A stretch of 64,000 nt of DNA, taken from Paraspadella gotoi (Eukaryota > Animalia > Chaetognatha). This document shows, in pieces, positions 36,755-50,633 of this stretch. Under the pieces are notes generated by a model. That model had not been told where the DNA came from, made no database searches, and was given only the letters and a program-made list of their open reading frames with translations. How positions within the stretch are numbered: the first letter of the stretch is position 1; every line of letters starts with the position of its first letter. Location of the stretch: assembly GCA_051294375.1 (NCBI GenBank), contig CM119264.1, positions 4,793,867 to 4,857,866 on the forward strand, given 5' to 3'. The translations under genes were made by a program, and so were the position numbers.

Positions 36755-38006
36755 ATTTACCTCCTCAGAGCAGAAGGCTGCGTTGTTAAATTGAAGCCTA
36801 AACAAAATGTCGGTTTTTGTTTTTCCGTCCAACATTTCTTCCGGAAGCTGAAAGACAAAATCATTTAAACTTTGGTCCTTTGTCGTCGTTAAATCCTTTT
36901 GAAAATTTAAACTTTTTTTTTAAAAGGATAATTAATCGAAAGATTTCCAGTCTTTTTATCTTCATCATCATAATCATCATCTTTATCATAATCATCATCT
37001 CTATCACATTCATCACCCCCCCCCTCACCGACTGGACGATATCGACTCCGATGTCCACGTCATAAAATCTCCTCGAAACTTCCTTCAGCTGCCCGATGAC
37101 GTAGTGGACGAACCCGCGACGTCGACTTCGATAGGCGAGCGTCAATCCAGTCTCGTCCTCCTCCGTCACGTAGAAAGATGGCGCCACGAGATTGGGGTAG
37201 GAGAATCTGGGGTGAGGAGGGGGGGGGCAGAGAGATGGAAGGGATTGCGGGGGTGTCGACGGTGAAGCCCACGATTTAGATTGCATAGAAGACTTCGTCG
37301 GGGTTTTGTATGGTTTAGTATATTTCTCGTGTGTTTTATATGTCATTCATATGTTTACATTCAATATGCGTGACAAGTTATTGCTACTCTGATTGTGTCC
37401 CGATGCTTGCTTTTTCTTACCTCCAGTTCTAGATCATGCTTGATCCCAGAGACTTGCGCTTCACCTGATTGCTGCCCGCAATATCGATACTCTCAGAAGG
37501 TGAGCGAGAGAATCGTCTCGATGCTAAACTGTCTCAATTGTGGCTTCGATCACCGATCATTCTTTGGCAGGGGGTAGACGGATATACCACTCTCTCTACA
37601 CTACACTCTACACTCTACACTCTACACTCTACACGTACGTCAAAAATTGTCATTTTTTAAGATTTGTCATTAATTAAAATTAGTCATTGGTTAAAATATG
37701 TCATTGGTCTTTGGTCAAAATTTGTCATTGGTCATTGGTCAAAATTTGTCATTGATTAAAATTGGTAATTGGTTAAAATTTGTCTTTGGTCTTTGGTCTT
37801 TGGTCAAAATTTTTCATTGGTCCTCACCCTCGTGCCTCACCTAAGATATTCGTGGAGATTGTCGAGGGAGTTGAGAAAGTCTCGCAAGTGTCGACCCTGC
37901 GATCGAAGGATCTTATCGTAACCATGACGACAGAGATAATCGACGAAGTGACACCCGTTCTCTTCCATCACCTGCTCATCCCTAACTCCGGTGATTCGCT
38001 GAGTGG

Positions 38007-38098
<92 letters not shown>

Positions 38099-39674
38099 TC
38101 AATTGTTAATTGACTCAAATATATTCTTCTCTATAGTATTTTCGTTTGCATCATCAGCGTCATCATTTTAATGACATTTAAGTAAGTCGACGAAGATAAT
38201 TTTAAATACATAAAGAAAATGACGATGACGAAAAGTCAAATACACTGCGGCGCAAAAAAAGTAGCTACTTTTTCACATCGAAAAAACCATTGGATGGCTG
38301 TATTCTACAAAGATTTAAAAATATAAAATAAAAATAAAGCAATTGGTCTAAGTCCCAATAAAATCGAGCACAGCGTTCAAAAATTATAGGATGTCAAAAT
38401 CGATTGGTACAAAAAATAGAAAACAAATTAATTTTTTTTTTAGTTAACAAAAGTCAATAATTTTTCCCTATTATAAAATGTTTATAATTTGAAATTGGCT
38501 AAATAAATTCTGCATAGAATATCTGTAAGGATAGGTGTCAACCATTTTTTACCTAAATCAGATTAAAATAAATAAGAAAATTATATAGAAAAGCAATCTT
38601 TTATCATCAGTCAGAAAAAAAGTATCATCAACTTAACCTCCAAAAATCATTTTTTCCCAATTCCGTTTTCAGACTCTGAGTTGAAAGTATTGCTGTATTC
38701 TATTGCCTGAACGAATTATTTTTAATTGTTGTACCAATCGATAGCTTTTTTAAAAAGCTATACTTTTCATGAATATTTTCTTAAAATTAAAAATGAAATA
38801 ATGGGGTATTTAAAGCTAACAAGTGGCCCTTTTTTTTCGCCGCAGTGTAGAGACTCTCTTCTTCAGCATTTCCTCTTTCCTCCATCGTTAAGCGACGAAA
38901 GCAAAAAGTAAAAGTTTCACTTTTTTTTTACGAAATCGCGACAGAGAAAAAAAAATTTTTTTACACTTTTCACTATTTACGATTTGAATTGCAAATTCAA
39001 TTAAACTCGGTTTAAACCAAGATTTTTTTTCTTTATTTTTACTGTAACCGAAGGTCTTCGTAAAAAAGAAAAACTTTAAGAGAGAGAGTGCGTGATGGAA
39101 AGCGAGGGATATCGTTTGCGTGTGAAAATGTTTTTTTTCTCTAGGTTTTGAAAAATTATGATTTTTGACACAAACGTCGAGTATTCCTAAGGGAGGCTTT
39201 TAAAATCTTCAAACGTAAACAGTTAAACGATCCAGGTTTTCTAGCAATGTCAAAAAAAATTTATAAAAAAAACCTAATTTCAAACGTTCATATTATCTCC
39301 CACTTTTCTCAACGTGTATTTTTTGGGAAACTTGCTAAATTTAGTCATCATCTTATTTCCTCTGTTTCTCACTCTTCTTCTCCTCCTTTACTCTCTCTTC
39401 TTTGCCTCTCCCTTCTTTTCTTTCCTTCCTTCCCTCATCACCTATCCCTCCTCTTCCTATCTCCCTTCCTCCTCTCCTCCTCTCCTCCTCCTCTCTCCCC
39501 CCCACCCCCCCCACCCCAGGCTTTCTTCGCGATGTTGGGGATGATGCTTTCGGAAAAAGTCGCTCTCAAGCAGAAACTCGTCGCTGGGCAGGTGAGTTGG
39601 CGAATTTTCGAGGGTGTCGAGCCGTACTTGAGGTGGATCGACTCCAGGAGACTCTCGATGAGGAGGCCGTACAT
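30580..39674 (-). CDS. Atypical soluble guanylyl cyclase (H-NOX, PAS/HNOBA, coiled coil, cyclase; Gyc88E/GCY-35-like)
   Basis: MYGLLIES start, [32 protein letters not shown] (heme His), [117 protein letters not shown], stop at 30580-30582. Exon 1 and exon 31887-32025 contain small indels. Confidence 0.93.
32398..32600 (+). repeat. Interspersed structured repeat, copy 2 (guanylyl cyclase intron)
   Basis: Shares TCGCTTTGCCAAC(G/T)CAGAGGGAAGTC...TTCCCCCTCTG...GGCTGAACGAT...GAATATACC with 28140-28268. Confidence 0.8.
34913..35140. repeat. (TTTC)n microsatellite
   Basis: Direct reading; source of the spurious FFLS/KKER ORFs. Confidence 0.95.
35500..35590. repeat. CpG-rich 12-bp tandem repeat (TACGACGCCGC[G/T])n
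   Basis: Several imperfect copies inside a cyclase intron. Confidence 0.8.
37590..37822. repeat. (CTACACT)n followed by a TTGGTCAAAATTTGTCATTGG-type minisatellite
   Basis: Direct reading of the tandem units. Confidence 0.8.
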
Positions 39675-40513
39675 CTTGGAAGGGTCTGGTGGCGGTGGCT
39701 TGCGGCGGCGGCGGTGGAGGGGGAGAAGGAAGTTTGGCGGGAGGCGGCGTGGCTGCGAGGAAAAAAGAAAATGGGTCGGTAGGGAGGCTGAGGCGATGGT
39801 CTATGTATCATTAAACATAATATGTTTAATAAACATATATATGAAAATAAAAAGATCGAAATAGGAAACGAGCGGGAAGATGAATGAATTAATGAATGAA
39901 TGAATGAATGAATGAATGAATTATTTATTGGTTGGTTAATTAGTTTGATTAGATTGATTAGATAGGTTGGAAGAAAATGATTGCTTAAAATGATTAGATT
40001 GATGAGTTGGATTATTTGCCTGGTAAAGTGATCTAANNNNNNNNNNNNNNNNNNNNNNNNNNNNNNNNNNNNNNNNNNNNNNNNNNNNNNNNNNNNNNNN
40101 NNNNNNNNNNNNNNNNNNNNNNNNNNNNNNNNNNNNNNNNNNNNNNNNNNNNNNNNNNNNNNNNNNNTATTATATGAATTAATCAATTAATTGATTCATT
40201 GATTTATGTATTATTATTATTTATTATTATTTATTTAATGTTAAATGGATTGATTGATTTGTTGGAATGATTTGTTGTATTTTATTGATTAATATTTTTG
40301 GCCATCAATCTAAAATATGACAGAAAATTAAGGATTATTGCGAAAAAATACTACAAATAATATCGTGTTTTATTTCTTCCAACATCAGACAAAACTGATG
40401 ATCGAAAACAAAGATTTGGAAAATCCGAGTCTCTACGGGTTCGAGTCAAAGGTCGACTTTTCTTCTCATCCATCGCGAGGATTTGATCGGGTGACCTTCT
40501 CGATTCCCCGTAG

Positions 40514-40514
<1 letters not shown>

Positions 40515-40570
<56 letters not shown>

Positions 40571-40645
40571 AGAGAAAAGAATTAAATGGGAATCAATGGC
40601 GGAGAAAGAGAAAGGGCCACCGCATTTTTTTTGCGGTTGAGAGTT

Positions 40646-40679
<34 letters not shown>

Positions 40680-40908
40680 GAGAGAGAGAGGAGAGAAGAG
40701 AGAAGAGAAAAGAAATTAATGGGAATCAATGGGCGAGAAAGGAGAAAAGGGCCACCCGCATTTTTTTGTCGGTTGAGAGTAGAAGAGAGAGAGAGAGAGA
40801 GAGAGAGAAGAGAGAGGAGAGGTGAGAGAGGAGAGAGAGAGAGTCGAAAGAATTAATGGGGAATCAATGGCGGAGAAAGGAAAAAGGGCCACCCCGCATT
40901 TTTTTGTC
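40515..40908. repeat. Three tandem ~135-145-bp units, each a (GA)n tract plus AATTAATGGGAATCAATGGCGGAGAAAG...GGGCCACCGCATTTTTTT
   Basis: The non-microsatellite part recurs at ~40580, ~40713 and ~40851, upstream of the cyclase start codon. Confidence 0.85.
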
Positions 40909-42049
40909 GTGAGGTAGAAAGTTAAAGGGGAAGTTAAGAATTAAAAGTTAAGAGCGAATAATTGAAAATATGATTGAGGCATTTTGGGTTGTTAAATATT
41001 GATTAAAACTCTGTTTTGTACTTAAAGTTTTTAGGCAAATCAGCATCAAGAGTCGCGAAAAATAATTTTATTTCAATATTGGAATTTTGAAAAAAGGCAT
41101 CATCTAAAAAAAATCTATTTCTATTTTTTTAATTAAAAAAAAATCTTTATTAGTTTTGTTCGCTTTGTTTTGTAATTATAATTTGATAGACAGTTTTGGG
41201 GGAAAACATCCATTAACAACTACTCTGTCTGACATCATTAACAAGAACCAAAAAAAATCACAGAAAACAATGAAATAAACATTGAATAGGCGAAACTCGG
41301 AACGTCGAGGGAGGAACTCTTTTAAGCAAGTTTTCACTCAAGATATATACCATTTGAGGTTCATCATTAATTACGCGTGATCGTTTGCTTATTTAAAAAT
41401 TTTCAAGGCTTGGTTTATTTTTACGAATTTCTGAATTTTTCTATTCAGACTGAGTGGAAGAGGCATTAAGTTGCAAACGAGGATGGAAAGAAAAAAAAAG
41501 ACCCAAAGCCGAATAAAATTGAAAAAAAAAACATTGAAAAAAAAAAGAAATTATTAAAAGTAAGAAAAACAGAGAAAAATCATTGCGAATGAAGAGATTT
41601 TTCTCAACTTTTTGGTCACGGATAGAAATTTACTTGAATTGTAATTAGGTTTATTTAATTTTGAATTTAGAAGGAATTCCCGCTGCGTCTAAGACTTTAA
41701 ATGAAACATTCTTTGCTAATATTAATAATAATAAATATTATCCGCGAACAATCGGATTCCCCTGTAGCTAAAAAGCGATAACTTTCCGAGAGAGAAGAAA
41801 ATTTTTCAATCATCATCGTAATTGTTTGATCTTGGTATCTAAAATAACTAAAGTCGCTCGGCCACGAATTTGAAGGTTTTAGCGAGGTTAAAAACTTGTA
41901 TTAACATCAAGTAAGGCACGATAAACAGATTAAATCAATTTTTAAAAACAACTTAAAAACAAGGTAAAAACAGATTAAAACAAAGTAAAAACAGAATTAA
42001 AAACAAGGTAAAATCGTGCATCGTAATAATAATAACCTCCCACTGGGTT

Positions 42050-45000
42050 TTTAAAACGGTGGCCGTCCAATATTACAAGATCATATGCACTCATTAAAAC
42101 TACGACCAACGCGTTTCACAATGGCTACGCGCGGACAACGCGGTAAAAAGATACAAATATCTTCTCCATCTCGACGGTGATTGGTCGAAAGGCCCGCCAA
42201 TCAGGACCGCAGGGAAGATGCTTGCATTTTGCGATCCAAAACGCGAAGGGAACCGCGCGGCCCAACACAGATACACCCTCCGGCAAGCACGCCTTGCGGA
42301 GCCGCGCTGGAAGTCCACGTGACTGCCGTCGTCACCTGACCTAAAAAAATGGATAAGGCGGCCCAACCTACCGTCTCCGAGACCCGTCCTGTTGCCGATC
42401 ACAGCAACTGGGACAGGGAGAGAAGGAGGGCAAAACTGGACCAGGAAGGCTTCAAAAGAGATCAATTAAGGGAAGGGAACAATCCCTTCCATCACAGAAC
42501 CCACTGTCCCAGAAATCGATCTCTCAAATCCAACCAAGATTCATCTACAGAATAAAATCATCAATAAATCAAATGAAAAGCGACGAATCCTCGCGCTAAA
42601 CCGATCCATAAGCAAAAATCATATTCGAAATCATATGCAGTCTAAAAATACAATCTAATCAAATGAATATATCAAATCAAGCAGCCAAAACGAAATGCCG
42701 TCAAATGCAACAAGCACTATCATAGCATGCCGAGCAGCTAGAGTAATCATCTACCGCCATCGACAACTCCAAAGTTGCGGGGCGATCAAGCAGATCACGA
42801 TCAAGGGGAGGCGGAGGTGCTTCCTGGTCGTCACGGCGTCGTGGAGCGAGAGGCACAGCCTCAACTGCGTCAGTGGATGGGGCTTCCCCCTCCATCTGCT
42901 GACCGCCAGGAGCATCATCTAAGGATGCATCAATAACGGCTGGTTCCATATTCATGTTCATCAAGACAGGCTGCTAAGCCTTTGGCATTTTCGCTCGCCA
43001 CTGCGTCATCACCGATCAGCTTCAAGAAGCACCAACCCCGTACGATCACGGTGAAGGCGCTTGCCTAAGCCGGTACGAACAATCACTCTCCGGACAATTC
43101 CGTCAACAGCATCGTCTCTTCACTATCGCCATATTCCAGCGTCTCTCGGCACAAGCTCGTTCACACGAGTACAACATCTCCAATGGAGAATTGCGTCTCG
43201 TCGCCATCCATTTCTGGCGTTTCTGCAATCTCGGAGATACTCAATACGCCATCTCTTCCAGAAGGAATCGACCAGGCTCTGCGACTGCTTCCATATCTTT
43301 CTAAGGGCATCACCGGCTTCGCCTGGCGGAACGATCTCCGAGGATGAGAGAGCAGGAACGTTAGGATGGAGAAAGTCATTAGGTGTAAGAGCAAATCCGG
43401 TCGCTAGGATCGTCCGACACCCTAGTAATAGGAACCCGGTTGAGGTTCCAGCGACCACAAGCCAACAAAGGGTATTAAACACCTCAGGCCGCAGATCATG
43501 GAAACCTCTACGATCAGAGCAAACCACATTGCCCTCCTACATGACCTCACAACCTCTCCACACTCACCCTGGTGCGGTGCGAGGTGCATTAAAGCGCCAC
43601 GAAAACCGCTGGTCAGTGCTGCCTCTGGCCAACAAGCCTGACGCTTCTCGAACTCCCTCCTTCAACCAACGATGGCCCTGAAGTTTGTGCCGCAATCCAG
43701 AAATGTGACGGACTACCTGGGTGCATTGCATTAAAGCGCAGCAACGCCAAGATAAAAATGTCCGTTCGACAAAGTTCTCAACGAACCTCCAAGTGAACGG
43801 CGCGAGCAGGACAAGTAAAGCGCCACCCATCTTTGTCGCTGCCTCGACGACCCAATCGAACCGTAAATGGACCAAATAGGCTACACCAATAGAGAGGAAT
43901 GGATGGCCTCGTGTCCACACGATCGGTCAAAGCCGGCCATTTTCTGGTCAAGGGGTGCGCTCCGCATCTTTTCGCAATGAATAAAACAAGCCACTCCATT
44001 GATCTGGTGGCAAGAGCGCGCCCAGGGATCCAAAACCTTAGACCGAAGGTGGAGCCAACGTGGCCTCCACCTCAACCATTGCGCAACTCTTTCATGATAC
44101 TTCTGGAATCAGTTCTTGACAAGATGGTTGCGACGATGGGAGAATCCATGGGTGCCTAGTCTGATACTCCTCGTCCGCCGTTAGTCAAGTCTGCCACAAC
44201 CCTAAGGGTGCCAGCATCATAACAAAGGGGTCAAGCTTTCTCAGAGGCGAATTCCCCGACCGAAGCCTCTTGTCTCGGACATCTCTCCGAATCGCAAAAC
44301 GCTTCAATTCTGCAGAAAATGACTGCTCTGCAATAACCGGACCAAGGTCACCTCAGCACGCTCAGAGGGAATCAAGAGGCGACATGCGAGGAACCTTGAA
44401 AGGTGGGTCCAGAAACCGCTGCAAGATCGAAATGCGTCGAACCGCTCTTTTCCAATGTGAAACATGTCCTCAAGAGGCGGCACAAAGGTCATCCTTCACA
44501 GCACTAGCTTAAATTAGATTGTCACTATCGCACGACAGTACTTCTTCAGGCTCTGACGTCAATCTGCTCCACGGGCCAGCACTCGGGCAACCTCGGAGAA
44601 ACTGGGGACCCCCTGATGGAGTTGGTCCACTTCTCCTTCTCACAGGCCCTCAAGCTCCCTGGCAGCACATGTCAGCTGGATTAACGTCCGTGGGGACATG
44701 ATCTCCACTGATCAGGCCGTCGCTCTTTGCAGGATCTGGACGCGATTCGCAACAAAGGGCCTTAAAAACGGGTCTCTGTATTGCGAACTGCTTCAGGACA
44801 CATCTGAGAGTCCGACCACAGAGTCCCCTGAGTCTGCCTTCTCATTCGAGTTCTTGCTCTAACAGACTGTAGAGGTCCAACCGCCCACGACTGCAGCAGT
44901 CAATTCAAGACGCGGGATGCGTCTCCTCAACGCCTTGTTTCTCTGATTGTTTTATGGGTTGCCACCCTCGATCGCGAGGTCAAAAAGCAAACATGAACTT

Positions 45001-47217
45001 TGCAGTGACACTCACAAAGCAAAGAGTAAGGCAACCGGACCATAAATGCCCTTCCATGGAGGCATCACAAACAGTGTGGGAGCTGCCTGTCAGCAAACAT
45101 CTCCATAACTCGATGGGAAGAGGTATCTCCCTGAGCCTTAATTTTTCAATCCGGCCAGGGACTCTCCATTCCATGAACAATCTAACTCGTCTTGGGCACA
45201 GGATCATCCCAATTGCACCTTCTTCACACAAGCGCTGAAGGTATACGCTTGGCAAAAGAGGCAGGGAGAGACGATTCCTAAGAGGGTCGTACGGATGCTA
45301 CCACCCCTCAACTGCCTCTTAGTCTCACTTCTCCCCCTCCTAAGGTGATCCACCTTAAAGCCAAATACAATCTGTGCCTCGATATAGGCTACGCCAAGGG
45401 CCTTGCCATCAGCCTCATCGGATCCTTCGACCTTCTTCAGGGTCTGATGGCCCACAACTCCAAATCGCCTGCCGCATCCTCAGGGTCATCGACCGCCATT
45501 GTGAGTTGAAACCCAACCAGCCGGCAAATCAACTCTCAGTTCAACATGACTTCTTTTTGCATCGCACAGATGCTTGACCAATTCATAAGTCATCGACATA
45601 CAAGTCCCGCTTAACTGCCTCAATCGGAACAAGGATGGTGATTTGTCACGACCTGAGGTCAGCCAGGTACTTGACACAAATGCCCAGGCAGATTGGAGGG
45701 CTGCAAAACCGAACACAGTCACGAAGAGCTTTGAGGATCCAAGGCTCAAAGACCTCGGAATCAACGCCCCCACAAGGAAAAAAAAAGGGGCAAACCAAAG
45801 CCTCTGTGTCGAGGAAGAAACCCTCACCTGGTGAAAGAAACCTTTCACCATCCCCGCCAATCACCACTATAGGCTCCCAAGCGAAGCAAATGCCGCACAA
45901 CTTGTGCTGTTCAAGTCTGGACCTGCCATGAGCCTGACTAATTCAAGACTTATACCCTCTTACTTCAGCTTTAGCATCAGGCAAATTCCGACCTTCCCAG
46001 GCTTATCATCTTACAACGAGCAACTATGGCATTGGTCAAATTGGATGAAGAGGGTCAACTGACTTCTGAAGTCTCAGAGCGACGCCCTTCATCCACCACT
46101 CCTTTGAACAATCCATTCACTGTGTCAAAGGCTTTCAAACGATCCCGCGAAAGCAACTTAAGCATGGGCTTTCTCGCTCCTTAATAGCCATGGCAAACGA
46201 TGGTCCAACCTTAGAAAGGTTTTCATCGCAGCAGCTTCTTAACGGCCACCTTTCATGGGAGAGCAACCCGAAAATGCCCATCAACCATTCAATTGATTGC
46301 CTGAAGACTCTTCAGCCCCAAATCATTCTCTAGATCGACCATCCTTCTCAATGAGGCAAGGTCACAAAAATCCCACCTGAGCACGATCAAGCCGTCGAGA
46401 TCAGCTCTTCATGTTCCAGGTGATATGGCAGACAAAAACTGAGCCGGAAAGTTAAAGCCTCGACCGGTAACAGTCCACCCATGAGAGGTCTTCACTGCTG
46501 TCAGGCCGACTTGCCCCATAGCCTGACCAAGTAGGCTGCCGATAAGGCCTGACCGCCTTATGTCAGTGCAAGGGGAAGTCATACTTCATACATATCGCCC
46601 TGGATTTCTGAACATCTCAACAGCAGAAGAGCTGGAGGAGTTCATACTCTCTTCCAAATTGTTAGGGTTTTTTGATTTCTACCTCTAGCCCGCTGAGCGC
46701 GAGCAGAAGCCATATGTCATGTCAGGGTAAAGTTGTCATAAAGTTATGTTGCCAAATCGGCACCCATAATCACATCAATCTAATTCCGTCCAAACTCAAA
46801 AGACCACTCCATGAAGATGCGGAAACTTAGTTAAATCTTTATTCTTAGCAATGTGACTACCATGGCCTGCTGGTAAATCAAGTCAAACGACTGAAAGAAT
46901 CCAACATCCTCACTGTATAAAAGCCATCTATGAATTCCAAAGTGAAATCAACGCTGATCTTCCTTTCTCCAAGCTTGGTGGAGTCCAGAGTCGCCAACTT
47001 GTCTCCCAGATGAAGTCTTCAAATGCAGCTCCTCCACCAACCTTCTCGACATAAAGTACGGTTACTGCCAGAACCACAAGCGTAACTTCAGTTACCTGTC
47101 AGGACCCTGACACGAACCTGCTACAATTGGACGATAGGCGGAGATGAAGCACCTGTGCGTCGCACTGAGATCCTGGGCAGGTTGAACATCAAAATGAAGG
47201 AGCGTGTGGTGTAGATG
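42050..47217 (-). mobile_element. Bel/Pao LTR retrotransposon pol region, heavily frameshifted
   Basis: Motifs in Bel/Pao order across shifting frames: RT FFHQVRV and LYVDD (~45590), RNase H HTVCDAS, PFVANRV, VNPAD, LDPFV, integrase FTCPARAVHLEV, DCGTNF, WRFNAP, LTPNDFL, FWKRWRIEYL. LTRs not identified; the 5' end is lost in an N gap. Confidence 0.9.
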
Positions 47218-47385
47218 NNNNNNNNNNNNNNNNNNNNNNNNNTTTGATAGACAGTTTTGGGGGGAAAAATCCATTAACAACTCTGTCTGACATCATTAAC
47301 AAGAACCAAAAGAATCACGAAAACAATGAAATAAACATTGAATAGGCGAAACTCGGACGTNNNNNNNNNNNNNNNNNNNNNNNNN

Positions 47386-48108
47386 AAATTTTTAAATAAG
47401 CAAACGATCACGCGTAATTAATGATGAACCTCAAATGGTATATATCTTGAGTGAAAACTTGCTTAAAAGAGTTCCTCCCTCGACGTTCCGAGTTTCGCCT
47501 ATTCAATGTTTATTTCATTGTTTTCTGTGATTTTTTTTGGTTCTTGTTAATGATGTCAGACAGAGTAGTTGTTAATGGATGTTTTCCCCCAAAACTGTCT
47601 ATCAAATTATAATTACAAAACAAAGCGAACAAAACTAATAAAGATTTTTTTTTAATTAAAAAAATAGAAATAGATTTTTTTTAGATGATGCCTTTTTTCA
47701 AAATTCCAATATTGAAATAAAATTATTTTTCGCGACTCTTGATGCTGATTTGCCTAAAAACTTTAAGTACAAAACAGAGTTTTAATCAATATTTAACAAC
47801 CCAAAATGCCTCAATCATATTTTCAATTATTCGCTCTTAACTTTTAATTCTTAACTTCCCCTTTAACTTTCTACCTCACGACAAAAAAATGCGGGGTGGC
47901 CCTTTTTCCTTTCTCCGCCATTGATTCCCCATTAATTCTTTCGACTCTCTCTCTCTCCTCTCTCACCTCTCCTCTCTCTTCTCTCTCTCTCTCTCTCTCT
48001 CTCTTCTACTCTCAACCGACAAAAAAATGCGGGTGGCCCTTTTCTCCTTTCTCGCCCATTGATTCCCATTAATTTCTTTTCTCTTCTCTCTTCTCTCCTC
48101 TCTCTCTC

Positions 48109-48142
<34 letters not shown>

Positions 48143-48217
48143 AACTCTCAACCGCAAAAAAAATGCGGTGGCCCTTTCTCTTTCTCCGCCATTGATTCCC
48201 ATTTAATTCTTTTCTCT

Positions 48218-48275
<58 letters not shown>

Positions 48276-50577
48276 ACGGGGAATCGAGAAGTCACCCGAT
48301 CAATCCTCCGCGATGGATGAGAAGAAAAGTCGACCTTTGACTCGAACCCGTAGAAGACTCGGATTTCCAAATCTTTGTTTTCGATCATCAGTTTGTTCTG
48401 ATGTAGAAGAAATAAAACACGATATTATTTGTAGTATTTTTTTCGCAATAATCTTATTTCTGTCCATATTTTAGATTGATGGCAAAAATATTAATCATAA
48501 ATACAACAAATCATTCACATAACATCAATCCATTTAACATTAAATAAATAATAATAAATATAATAATAATAAATCAATGAATCAATTAATTGATTAATTC
48601 ATATAATAATTATTTATTAATTTTTATCAATCGTCCCAATCAATCATTAATCACTTTTACCAGGCAAATAATCCACTCATCAATCTAATCATTTTAAGCA
48701 ATCATTTTCTTCCAACCTATCTAATCAATCTAATCAAACTATTAACCACCAATAAATAATTCATTCATTCATTCATTCATTCATTCATTAATTCATTATC
48801 TTCCCGCCTCGTTTCCTATTCGATCTTTTATTTTCATATATATGTTTATAAACATATTATGTTTAATGATACATAGACCATCGCCTCAGCCTCCCTACCG
48901 ACCCATTTTCTTTTTTCCTCGCAGCCCACGCCGCCTCCGCCAAACTCCTTCTCCCCTCCACGCCGCCGCCGCCGCCCGCCGCTGCCAGACCCTTCCCAAG
49001 ATTAGTACGGCCTCCTCATCGAGAGTCTCCTGGAGTCGATCCACCTCAAGTACGGCGTCGACACCCTCGAAAAGATTCGCCAACTCACCTGCCCAGCGAC
49101 GAGTTTCTGCTTGAGACGACTTTTTTCGAAAAGCATCATCCCCAACATCGCGAAGAAAGCGGTGGGGGGTGGGGGGGAGAGAGGAGGAGGAGGAGGAGAG
49201 GAGGAGGGGAGATAGGAAGAGGAGGGATAGGTGAATGGGAGAGGGAGGAAAGAAAAGAAGGGAGAGGCAAAGAAGAGAGTAAAGGAGGAGAAGAAGAGTG
49301 AGAAACAGAGAAATAAAGATGATGACTAAATTTAGCAAGTTTCCCAAAAAATCACGTTGAGAAAAGTGGGAGATAATATGACGTTTGAAATTAGGTTTTT
49401 TTATAAATTTTTTTTGACATTGCTAGAAAACCTGGATCGTTTAACTGTTTACGTTTGAAGATTTTAAAGCCTCCCTTAGGGAATACTCGCGTTTGTGTCA
49501 AAAATCATAAATTTTTCAAACCTAGAGAAAAAAAATCATTTTCACACGCAAACGATATCCCTCGCTTCCATCCACGCACTCATCTCTTCTTAAAGTTTTT
49601 CTTTTTTTTTTTTTTTTTTCTTTTTCTTTTTTCTTTTTTTACAGTAAAAATAAAGAAAAAAAATCTTGGTTTAAACCGAGTTTAATTGAATTTGCATTTA
49701 AATCGTAAATATGAAAAGTTGTAAAAAAATTTTTTTTCTCTGTCGCGATTTCGGTAAAAAAAAAAGTGAAACTTTTACTTTTTGCTTTCGTCGCTTAACG
49801 ATGGAGGAAAGAGGAAATGCTAAAGAAGAGAGTCTCTACACTGCGGCGAAAAAAAAGGGCCACAGTTAGCTTAAATACCCCATTATTTCATTTTAATTTT
49901 AAGAAATTATCAGAAAAGTATAGCTTTTAAAAAAGCTATCGATTGTACAACAATTAAAAATAATCGTTCAGGCAATAGAATACAGCAATACTTTCAACTC
50001 AGAGTCTGAAAACGGAATTGGGGAAAAAATGATTTTTGGAGGTTAAAGTTGATGATACTTTTTTTCTGGACTGCTGATAAAAGATTGCTTTTCTATATAT
50101 TTTCCTTATTTATTTTAATCTTGATTTAGGTAAAAAATGGTTGACACTATCCTTAACAGATATTCTATGCAAGAATTTATTTAGCCATTTCAAATTATAA
50201 ACAATTTATAATAGGGAAAAATTATTGACTTTTGTTAACTAAAAAAAAAATTAATTTGTTTCTATTTTTTGTACCAATCGATTTTGACATCCTATATTTT
50301 GAACGTGTGCTCGTTTTATTGGGACTTAGACCAATTGCTTTATTTTATTTTATATTTTTAAATCTTTGTAGATACAGCCATCCAATGATTTTTTCGATGT
50401 GAAAAAGTAGCTACTTTTTTTTGCGCCGCAGTGTATTTGACTTTTCGTTCATCGTCATTTTCTTTAATGTATTTAAAATTATCTTCGTCGACTTACTTAA
50501 ATGTCATTAAATGATGACGCTGATGATGCAAACGAAAATACTATAGATAAGAATATATTTGAGTCATTAACAATTGA

Positions 50578-50633
<56 letters not shown>

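Noticed and set aside
38135-38160. Minus-strand CTGATGA-TGCAAAC-GAAA hammerhead-like core
   Set aside because: Stem II is only 1 bp and there is no stem I.
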